Shown here one piece after another: positions 33,881-44,459 of a stretch of 64,000 nucleotides of DNA. The DNA comes from Selaginella moellendorffii. Its lineage: Eukaryota > Plantae > Lycopodiophyta. The DNA is taken from NCBI RefSeq assembly GCF_000143415.4, contig NW_003314313.1, positions 328,418 through 392,417 on the forward strand, read 5' to 3'. How positions within the stretch are numbered: position 1 is the stretch's first letter; each line of letters opens with the position of its first letter. The translations under genes were made by a program, and so were the position numbers. The notes under the pieces were generated by a model. That model was not told where the DNA came from and made no database searches. It saw only the letters and a list, made by a program, of their open reading frames with translations.

Positions 33881-34852
33881 ATGGAGTCTCCAAGTCATCC
33901 TGATTTCTTTGCTGAAGTCCTTGCAAAAATCCAGTCTAAGAATACCGAGTTGAAGGCGACCCTTCTTCGCATGCAGCAGGAACTTGCTTCACTTTCGGCT
34001 CAAGGATCCAGCAAAGTTCCTGAATCGAAGGTGAGTTTCCCGGCGAAATTTTCAGGCAAGCGTTCGGAGCTTCGCGGATTCCTGAACCAGATGGAGTTGA
34101 TCTTCGCACTTCAACATCGGCGGTACCCCACTCCCGAGTCTCAAATCGGCGCGATTGGGACATTGCTCGAAGGTGCAGCCTTGTCATGGTTTTCTCCTCT
34201 TCTGGAGAAGAGCATGAAAGGGGTCGTGGTTCCGGAGCTGATGGATCTTCAATTGTTCAAAGAGAAGCTCGAAGCATGTTTTGGCGAGACGGATCGGGTT
34301 CAGGCTGCTACCACAAAGATGAGACGTCTCTCTCAGGGGTCTCGTCCTACCTCGATCTATGCTGTAGAGTTCCAACTCCTTGCTTTGGACACTCAGTGGG
34401 ATGAGTGGGCCCTGATTGACCAATTTCGTTTCGGCCTCAACAACGGTGTCAAGGATTTGTTGCTCACCATGGAGGATCCCAAGGACCTGTCGGACGCCAT
34501 CAACAAAGCTGTTCGATGTGACAATCGTCTCTTTGAACGTCGTCAGGAAAGTCGCCGCGCCGCTATTTTTCCATCCCAGACTCAGGAATCCCAGCTTGAG
34601 TCTTCGGGGCATACTCCTGAACCTACTGCTCCAGTTCCGATGGATATTTCTGGTACTCCCCGACTCATTAGAGGGAAGTTGAGTCCTACTGAGAAGCAAC
34701 GTCGAATATCTCATAATCTTTGCCTCTATTGTGCTGATCCTAATCACAAAGCAGCTGTATGTCCCAAGAAGCCTCCCCGACTGCTCGAGTTCACTCTGCC
34801 TCAAAGTCCACCTCTATTGCAGTCGGGAAACGACCCTGTCCAAACAGAGTAG
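33881..34852 (+). CDS. gag: Gag of element C
   Basis: PAKFSGKRSELRGFLNQ, LLEGAALSW, FRFGLN, VPMDI and zinc knuckle CLYCADPNHKAAVC. Confidence 0.93.
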   Translation: MESPSHPDFFAEVLAKIQSKNTELKATLLRMQQELASLSAQGSSKVPESKVSFPAKFSGKRSELRGFLNQMELIFALQHRRYPTPESQIGAIGTLLEGAALSWFSPLLEKSMKGVVVPELMDLQLFKEKLEACFGETDRVQAATTKMRRLSQGSRPTSIYAVEFQLLALDTQWDEWALIDQFRFGLNNGVKDLLLTMEDPKDLSDAINKAVRCDNRLFERRQESRRAAIFPSQTQESQLESSGHTPEPTAPVPMDISGTPRLIRGKLSPTEKQRRISHNLCLYCADPNHKAAVCPKKPPRLLEFTLPQSPPLLQSGNDPVQTE

Positions 34853-37800
34853 GAGCTGTCTGTTTGGACTCCCCGAATAAAAATCACTTTTCTTCTTTAT
34901 CAAGCTCCTCACCACCTTTCATCAAAGCCACCACCAATTCCCGTAACTTCCGCGTCCCATGTCTCCTTTCTTTCACCGGACAATCAGGACTCAAGGCTCT
35001 AGCGCTACTGGACTCAGGTGCAACTTCCTGCTTCATGGACACGGACTTTGCTGCCCGACATCACGTTCCTCTTTCTCCTACCATACGGGATTTGAGGGTT
35101 GAAGGCATCGGCGGGCATTTTGTGTCTCCATCTTCTGGACTTAGGGAAACATTGCCCGTTTGAGTACACATCGGGTCCACCGTCACCGATATCGCCTTCA
35201 ACATCATTAACAGCAAGTCCTCCTCTGTGGTGCTCGGTCTTCCTTGGTTCCAACTACATCAGCCTCAAATCTGTTGGAAGGAATTACAGCTCATCTCTCC
35301 CACGGCTTTCCCTGCTGTTCATCGAGTCTGAATCAGGAATCGGGGTTCTGTTCCTGACTCTACAAAGTTTTCACCCTCTTCTTTTTCCTCTCTTCCATCT
35401 TACACTGGACCGTATCCTCGTCTCATCATTCCATTTAGTCGTACGATTCCTCCTATCTCCACAATCACTATGAAAGAACTCCTTCATGAAGAACCTCTTT
35501 TCCTTTTTGCTTTGCATGTTTCTCCTGTCAGTCTTCCTGAGAAGTATCATGATTTTGGGGATGTGTTTGACAAGAAAAAAGCTAGTGTACTGCCTATTCA
35601 TCGGCCTTATGATTGTCCCATTGATTTACAGGAAGGAGCGTCACCTCCGTGGGGGCCTATCTACGGGTTATCCCCGTCCGAGCTTAAGGCCCTCAAAGAG
35701 TACATGGATGAGAACCTTGCCTCGGGCTACATTCAGCATTCGCAGTCCCCGGCTGGAGCGCCTGTCTTCTTTGTCAAGAAGAAGGATGGGAGCTTGCGGC
35801 TAGTCATCGACTACCGAGGTTTGAACAAGGTGACTATTCGGAACCGTTATCCGCTGCCCCTGATCTCGGACCTATTGGAACGCCTCGGCGGTGCTCGCTT
35901 CTTCACCAAGATCGACCTCCTTGGAGCATACAACCTGATCCGGATCCGGCCTGGTGATGAATGGAAGACTGCGTTCCGAACCCGCTATGGCCACTTCGAG
36001 TACACTGTCATGCCATTTGGCTTGACAAATGCTCCAGCAGTTTTCCAACACATGGCGAACGACGTTTTTCGGGAGTTTCTTGATCAGATGGTGATCATCT
36101 ACCTCGATGACATCCTCATCTACTCAAAAACTCAGGAGGAGCACGACAAACATGTACGCAAGGTGCTAGCAAAGCTGCGAGAACACGGCCTATACGCGAA
36201 GCTTGAGAAATGCTCGTTTGATCAGCAGTCTATGGAGTTCCTTGGGTACATTGTCACTCCTGAGGGTATCACGATGGATCCTGCCAAAGTCAAGACTATT
36301 CTCGAATGGGAGCCTCCACAATCAATGTCGGACGTTCAGGTTTTCCTTGGCTTCGCCAACTTCTACCGCAAATTCATTGATCACTACTCTGATATTGTCC
36401 TTCCTCTCACGCATCTCACTCGCAAGGATGTTCCCTTCTCTTGGTCTGCTGCTGCCCAGCAGGCCTTCGACACACTCAAGGCGGCCTTCAGTTCTGCTCC
36501 CGTCTTGATCCATGTTGATTCCTCACAACCCTTCTTCATCGAGGCTGACGCCTCCGACTTTGCCATTGGTGCTGTGCTGTCTCAACTCGGAGCGGATCAC
36601 GAACTTCATCCGGTCTCTTTCCATTCTCGAAAATTTCAGCCTGCAGAGATCAATTACGAAATCCACGACAAGGAGCTCCTTGCCATCATGGATTCCTTTG
36701 GAGAGTGGTGCCGTTTCTTGGAGGGGGCAGACCATCAAACAATAGTCTGGACGGATCACAAAAATCTTGAGTACTTTGCCACTTCCCGAGTTTTGAGCCG
36801 TCGTCAAGCAAGGTGGGCACAATTCCTGAGTCGGTTTGACTTTGTTATTAAGTACAGACCTGAGAAGCTTCAAGGCCTTCCTGATGCTCTTTCAAGGCGC
36901 TCCTATCTCAGTCTCAGGCCTGGTAATCCTGCCTTTGATCAACAGGATCAAGTTATCCTCGGTCCTGATCGGCTTCAAGTTATGGCAATCTCCCTGGCCC
37001 CTCAGGACTCCTCCTTGATGGATGCAATCAGAAACGATCTCCAATCCGATGACCTCGCCAGCAATATTTTCACCCATCTTCAGGCTGGACACCCAGTGAC
37101 TCCCGACTGCCGGCGATTTGACGAGTTCGAGTTCTTAGATGGCTTATTGTACCGTGGGGAGAAGCTTTACGTTCCTGAAGGTGATGCTCGAAGGTTGGTC
37201 CTGATGGCGTGCCACGATAGCCCGACTGCTGGTCACTTCGGCATTGCGAAAACCTATGAGCTTGTTGCACGGGACTTTTGGTGGCCTCACATGGATGACT
37301 ACATCAAAGTTTTTGTTACCTCCTGTGACACTTGTGCCCGGAATAAGGTACCTCGCCACCTTCCTTCAGGTTTGCTTCGTTCCCTCCCGGTCCCTTCAGG
37401 TCCTTGGGAATCCATCTCCATGGATTTCTTGAGTGATCTTCCGAGTTCTGGAGGCTTCAACAGTATTTTAGTCGTGGTGGATCGCTTCACAAAGATGGCG
37501 CACTTCTTGCCGTGTACCAAGGAATTTTCGGGCGAGGACATGGCAAAACTGGTATTCAGGGAAATTTTCCGACTTCATGGGATTCCTACAGATGTGGTTT
37601 CGGATCGGGGGCCTCAGTTCATCTCTCATTTCTGGCAACGGTTTTTGCAGCTGCTTGGAGTGAAGGCCAACCTCTCTTCGGCATATCATCCTCAAACTGA
37701 TGGACAGTCCGAGCGAACGATTCAGACGCTGGAACAATTCTTGAGGTGCTTCATCAACTATCATCAAGATAACTGGTTCGATATCCTTCCCCTTGCTGAG

Positions 37801-38565
37801 TTCTCCTATAACAACTCTGTTCACTCCTCTCTTCGAGTTTCCCCCTTCTTTGCGAACTCTGGCCGAAATCCCCGATTCAATCTCTCACTTCCTTCTCCAT
37901 CTGAATCCTCTCGTTCAAATCGCCGCTCTGAGGCATTTATCTCCAACCTCCAGGAAATCCACAACTCCATCTCCTTCCACCTCCATCGTGCTCAGGAATC
38001 TCACAAAACATTTGCCAATGTCCATCGTCAGGATTGTCCCCCTTACAATATCGGGGATAAAGTCTGGCTCCTTAGGCGAAATATCTTCACCACTAGGCCC
38101 TGTCCAAAACTCGATTTCAAACGCCTCGGTCCTTTTCCTATCACTGCCATCATTAATCCCGTCACTTATCGCCTTGCAGTTCCCTCCTCATATCAAATTC
38201 ACCCCGTTTTTCACTCCTCTCTCCTTGAGCCTTATATTCCCAGTCCTATTCCAAATCGGGTCATTCCTCCGCCTCCACCAGTGCAGCTCGAGGATGGGTC
38301 TGAGTACGAGGTTCAGGACATCCTTGATTCCAAGATTTCACGGTCTAAACTCTACTATCTGGTCGACTGGAAGGGTTACGGACCTGAGGAACGCACTTGG
38401 GAACCTGCGGACAACCTGATTCATTCTCCTGACCTTGTTCAGGACTTCCACCGCCGCTATCCTTCTCGTCCCAGTCCTCATTCTTTTTCTCCATCTCCCA
38501 TCCCTCGCCGCTCATCTCATCCTCCTCTTCGTTCTCGTTCACATCCTCGTTCCACTCGTTCTTGA
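34825..38565 (+). CDS. pol: Pol of element C (-1 frame from gag; in-frame TGA at 35161 and 35329; uninterrupted 35470-38565)
   Basis: Protease ALLDSGAT, RT YLDD, RNase H ADASDFAIGAVL, integrase HHCC plus SMDF/SDRGPQF/TDGQSER, GPF module, and chromodomain EYEVQDIL...YLVDWKGY...TWEP. Confidence 0.93.
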
Positions 38566-41500
38566 GAAGGGGGTGCTGTCAGGAATCCCCCCATTCTTGC
38601 CACATTCCTGACTCTCGCCGGATTCCTGACCTGCAGACCACATTCCTGACTCTCGAGACACTTCCCTATTCCTGACTCTCGAGACACTTCCCTATTCCTG
38701 ACTCTCGAGACACTTCCCGATTCCTGAGTCTCGAGCCATATTCCTGATGATGATGTGGCGCCTCCTCGACCTCAGCTATATTTAGGCCGTCCTCGATCCA
38801 AGAGTGGTGGAGCTTCATCAACCTATAGTATATATAGGTTAGCCTTGTTCCATTTCTCCACAATCTGAATCAATGCCAGTCTAAGGCCTCTTCTTTGTTT
38901 CCACTAGTTTTTTCTCTTTGTCTTTTTGCATTTTCCAGTCTTGATCTTGTCGGGGGTCTTGACAACTCTCTTGTTCGTTTCATTGGTATCGGAGCAACAC
39001 GTTCTTTTGGGGATGGCAAGTGAGCAAGATATTGATCTTGATGAGGAGTATGGCGTTAGTGATGATGGCCATGATGATGAAGACGAAATTCTTGATGATG
39101 TCGTTGTGTGGCAAAGATGCCAGATTTCTAAAGTTCAAAGCGATATAAAGGAGGTTAAGGATTCTGTCAATCTCATTAAAGATTTCTTGCTTCACATGGA
39201 CCCTCAAGGGTTTAATCGATCTCATGTTCGTGATTACCATTAGTACGTCAAGGATTATGGTATTATGGTATGGAAATCATCACTAGATGTTTGTGATAGT
39301 CAAGAGGTTGATTCTTGGTTGGAATTGTGGGAAAGTTGTTAGTCTCACAATTCTTGTGAAGATAAGGTGAAGATAGATTTCTTTGTGACGAAACTTATGG
39401 GCCATGCTTCTTCGTGGTGGAAGAACTACATTAAAGCTAATCCAAAGCCAACTTTTTGGACTGATTTGACAAAGGTTTTTCGCGCTTCGTTTGTCAAGAA
39501 TTTTGAAGAGGTTGATCTCGTGAACCAATTGTTAAACATCCGGTAGGGGACTTTGTCTTTGGATGCGTATGCCCACAAGTTTCGTGATCTTTGCCTTAAT
39601 CTCACGAGCACCTATAATGAACTGCTAAAGGTGCAATGTTTCATCAAAGGCTTGAGCTTGGTGGATGTGCAACAGAAGGTCAAGAAGGATTTTCCAGCAA
39701 TATTGACTAATGCTATCATTAAAGCTCAGATCTTTTCGCCCGAACCGCCAGTCAACTCAGTCAACTCTAGTCAACGAGATAGTCTATGGAGTAGTCAACG
39801 TGATGACCAGCTTGCTGATTCTTCATATTCGGGGAAGAAACAGTCGTTATTCCGTTGTGGCTCAAAACATGAAGATGGGAGTGAGGCTAAGAAACTTTGT
39901 TTGGACCACCGAGAGAAAGACAAGGTAGAGAGCAATTGTTTTCGTTGCCATAGAGCTAGACATCAGAGCAAGGATTGTTCTGAAGGGGTCAATGAATGCT
40001 AAAGTGACTGTGGTGGAAATTATAGGCAATGATATGAGTGATAGTGCTTTTGGGGCCGTATTGCTTCAAGTTAGGCATTCTCTTACATTCATGAGCCACA
40101 GGTTTGATGCCACACAGCGGAATTGACCTACTCGAGAATAGCGACATTATCTATATGGATCGGACTTCCATGTGAATTCAGGCCATTAGTCTCTCCAATA
40201 TTTCAGTCGACAAAAGGATCTTTGAGGCCGCCTTGCTCGTTGGCAAGAGTTCTTGCAGGAAATGTCTATTAAGATTCGGTACAAGCATGGAGGTAACAAT
40301 AAGGTGGCTGATGCATTATCCAGGATGGTAAATTTTATCTCGTTCGTGAAGCTATCCAACGATCTCTTGGATGAGCTTAAGGAGTTTGCTGACTTCGACT
40401 CCTTTATCACTGATATTCACGTGAAGGTTTTGTTGAGGGACGCCTCTACGGATTTGAAGGGTGACAAGTTTGTGTCATTCGAAATACGAGATGGAATCCT
40501 AGTAAAGAAGGGACATTTAGTGGTTCCTCGTGTTGACAAACTCATCAAACGAATTTTGGTTGAGTGTCATGATGTGCCAAGTGCTGGGCATCCGGGGGTA
40601 TTGAGAACGTATATGTTGGTGAAGAGGCATTTCTTTTGGCCTGGGATGAAGTCAGATGTTGAGAAGTACGTACGTGGTTGTTTGACCTGCTAGGCAGTCA
40701 AAGTTGATCATCAGAAGCTTGCTGGTCTCTATCATCCTTTACGTGTACCCAAGAATAAGTGGGATAGCATCTCGATGGACTTTATCACTGGTTTGCCCAA
40801 AACCTTTCGAGGAAATGATGCTATTTGGGTTGTTGTGGATCGTTTGACGAAGATGGTTCACTTATTCCTTGTGAAGACAACGATAAAAGCTTCTGAACTT
40901 GCTCAGTTGTTTGTAGACCAGTTATTCAGTCTTTATGGTTTGCCGAGTGACATTGTGAGTGATCGGGATCCCAAGTTCACATCCAAGTTTTGGCAAACGG
41001 TCTTTGAGAAGCTAGAGATTAAGCTGAGCATGAGTAGTGGTGAGCATCCACAATCTGATGGGTAGATAGAGTGCATGAATTAGCTATTAGAAGATATGCT
41101 AAGGTCTTTGTGGGAAATTTGACTCAACAGGGAGTATGGGAGAAGTACTTGCCTTTGCTTCAATTTGCTCACAATAGCGTTCATCAATCGGCTATTGGCA
41201 TATCTCCTTTTATGGCAATGTATGGCTATGAGCCTAGATCTCCTATGAGTTTGAATTTGGCTTTGGTTCGGGTTCCTCATGTTTGTGATTTCCTAGAGGA
41301 TATACAAGACAAGCTTGAGTTGGCAAAATTGAACATGAGGCAAGCTCAAGAGCGAGACAAAAGATTGGCTGATAAGCATCGTCATCATCAAAAGTACAAA
41401 GTTGGTGACAAGGTTTTCTTTAAGCTGTCGGATGCACAACGGTCTCTAAAAGGAGGTGGCAGTGCTAAGTTATCTCCACGGTATTGTGGGCCTTGGACAA

Positions 41501-42198
41501 TTTTACAGCGTGTGGGGGATCTTACATACACTTTGGACTTGCCAGTTAGTTCGAAGATTCATCCAACGTTCCATGTAAGTAAGCTTAAAGCGTGTTTGCA
41601 CTCTAGTGATATCGTGGATTAGTCCATCATCTAGGTTCCAGAGATTGATGTAGAGAAGGCTGGTCCGGCCAACATTCTTGCTCAAAGATTGGTGAAAACA
41701 CGCTGGAAAACAACTAAGGAGTTGTTAGTTCAGTGGAATGGTTATTCCATGGACGAAGCTACATGGGAAACTGAAGATGACGTGAAGAGAGTGTTTCCGA
41801 GTTTTGGTTATGACTTGGATGACATTCCTAAGGAAGGGGAGAATTGAGTTTTATAGCCGTATTATTATATGATTTGAGCCGTTTGTTCTATTCTCATTCT
41901 CTTGTTTTCCATGACCGTATTGTCATGTGAGAAAGCCATATTACTTTCTTTCTTTCGTGACCATTTGTTGCAATGTTGGTGTTGCCGTTTGCACATCTTT
42001 TCTCCATGGCCGTATTACCTTGGACTCCCTTCATGTGAGGCTTATTTAGCTTCTCGAGGTTGCCGTATATGGCTGGGTCATGAGCAAGGCACAAACCACA
42101 GGAATATTCCAAGAACATTCCATGGCCTGTGGGATTTAAGGCCATAACGCCTTAAGGGTTGGGAGGTTGGCCTAGGGTTCACTCTTTTGTTCGTTTCA

Positions 42199-42600
42199 CC
42201 ATCTCAAGTCCATCTCAAACTCCATCTTGGGTCCATCTCGGACTCCATCTCGGGTCCATCTCGGACTCCATCTTGGGTCCATCTTGGGTCCATCTTGGAC
42301 TTGACCTCGGACTCCATCTCAGACTCGACTTCAGACTCTATCTCGGACCCACCTCAGACTCCATCTTGGACTCCATCTCGGGTCCATCTTGAGTCTATAT
42401 CAGGCTCTATCTTAGACTTCATGTTGAACTCCTTTTTGAACTCCATCTTGGACTCTTTTTTGAACTCATTCCTAACACTTCTATATGTCACAACACTTGC
42501 CATATGTCAGTCTTTCTTGTGTCCTTTTTTAGAGACTCATTCACCGATTTCTTTGTGCTCATCTCTTGAACACTTCATTTAGAGTTCCACTCCTACTTTT
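42199..42600 (-). mobile_element. Decayed LTR of the 55582-63053 family, right part (truncated)
   Basis: Degenerate GGACTCCATCTC array and sequence matching ~57060-57173. Confidence 0.85.
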
Positions 42601-42720
42601 GATTCGATGCCGTTGTGCAACAATCTCTCCTGGAACACCATTGCCACAGCATATGCCCTGGCGGCATAGCTTAGCGACTCTTTGACACCATGCCAGGGAA
42701 TAACACCATCTTGTGGAACT
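42601..42720 (+). pseudogene. 120-bp PPR gene fragment
   Basis: Matches the reverse complement of ~7283-7410 (DSMP..NNLSWNTIA.AYALA...LFDTMPG.NT..WN) with transitions and a ~9-bp deletion. Confidence 0.85.
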
Positions 42721-43147
42721 TATACACTGGTTTAGTCACACCTTATTCTCTAAAAAGCATCTACATTTTTTGTTGTGTCTCACACCTACCTATAAAACAA
42801 TGACAAAATAACAAAGACAAAAACATAGAAGGAGAGAAAAAGAAGAGAATAAGAAGAGTAGAATAAAAAGAGAATAAAAGATAACTTAGTTTCAAATCCC
42901 AAAGGTGTCAGTAAGGATAAGCATATGTCATTTTCTCAACTCTATTTAGCACAAACATTCATAGGCAGGAAAAAAAATTGTTAATTCAACATAAATGCAT
43001 ACAATAATGAGTGGGGCTTGATTTTTCAATATATCTAAGTGTTACTTATATATTACATGATTTTATAACTGTTTTTAATTGTTTTATACTTGTCCATGAT
43101 GAGTGTTGCTTATGTTGAATTTTTCTTCTTTGGATGCCTAAGCTTAG

Positions 43148-43435
43148 ATGCTTTATTTCGTTAAAGTGGAACTTTTCATTATCCCACTTATGGTGTGTGG
43201 CCACATGCCATTTTTATAACAACAATAAAAAATTGAAGTTTTAGCTTTATAATTTATAAATTAAAAACTTTTCATATGATTTTTTGTTATAATATTGTGA
43301 AATATAAAAAAATAAATTAAAAAACTGATAGAAATATTAATAAATATTAATTAAGTACTAGGAAATGGCATGTGGACACATGCTAATTAATGTCCCACTT
43401 TACTGAATAAGTCCCACTTTAACGAAATAAAGCAT
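43148..43435. mobile_element. MITE, 288 bp
   Basis: TIR ATGCTTTATTTCGTTAAAGTGG(A/G)ACTT (26/27 match), TTAG on both flanks, and absence from the paralogous repeat at ~30970. Confidence 0.9.
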
Positions 43436-44459
43436 TTAGGCATAACTCCATTTTGCTTAAATTTCTTTCTTTTGCTCTACTTAGGAAGATATACAAAATA
43501 AAATATTTACTTCTTCATTAGGAATGCACACTTCTTCTATGAATCTTGAATAATGAACTTTCTCAACCTATTTAAGTAAAGCATGAGAGATCAATTAGAA
43601 AATTGTAAAAATCTTACTTGTATTTTCCAAATTTATGAAGCTTCTTTATTGCAAATTGAAGTCCAAAGTTATGTTTGAGAGATTCCTCCCAAATGTTTTA
43701 GAGCCATATGTCTTTTTGATAGTGTAAAGTTACAAAGAAAAAGACTCTTTCTCATCTACCTCGGCTATAGGAGGTTGATAGGACTTCTTTAGCATTAGGT
43801 TATTCCTTTCAAATGTTCCTAGTTTCAAAACATTAAACGTGTCTACACATCAAAACAATCTAGTGTGGCATTTTAAAATCAATAGGCTACTATTGTAGGT
43901 AAAAGTTAAATTGCAACACATGTCTTGCTCAATATTTAGGTGCACTTTATTTGTCTTTCTTAGGTGGTGGCAATGCAGTGAAGACACAGCAAACAATGGG
44001 CTTCTTCCAGCCCACTTCTAATTACTAATTAAGCAAGGGTTTAAAATCTAATTAATACAATTATTCACATGCATATTTAAATATGTTTGAGACACTCAAG
44101 TTAGAATTGTTTTAATATGGGTGTGGAAACTTTTGTTTGTGGGCATCTACTTTTGCAATTGCAATTATAATTATAATCATGCTAGGTAGAATTGTTTTTT
44201 ATATATATCCTACTCATATATATACATATGACTATGTCCAATCATACTTTTGATAGCTCTAGTAAAAAGCAAATGCTAAAATATAAATATTTAAGTACTA
44301 GATCCTAGTTAAAACATAGTCAGATTTTTCCTAACTAGTAAATAGTGATTGCATTTCAACCCTCCCACATTTAGCTAGAACAACTAGGCAGTGCAAAAAG
44401 AAAGCATTGGGGTAAACATAAATAAAGATTAAATTCTAATTGTGAGTTTGTAAAGGTTT

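Larger units (their letters stand above)
33395..38964 (+). mobile_element. Young full-length Ty3/gypsy chromovirus (element C; Tcn1/Tf1-sushi-like)
   Basis: 388-bp LTRs at 33395-33782 and 38577-38964 with 3 substitutions seen. TSD ACTCT, PPT GAGAAGGGGG, domain order gag-PR-RT-RH-INT-chromodomain. Confidence 0.97.
33296..42198 (+). mobile_element. Degenerate Ty3/gypsy chromovirus (element B) with its 5' LTR split by element C
   Basis: 5' LTR at 33296-33394 plus 38970-38982 (internally deleted), PBS TGGTATCGGAGC at 38984-38995. Broken gag with CFRCHRARHQSKDC, PR/RT deleted, RNase H, integrase and LVQWNG...ATWE chromodomain relics. PPT AAGGAAGGGGAGAA, 3' LTR at 41845-42198, CCATC on both sides. 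Confidence 0.9.
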
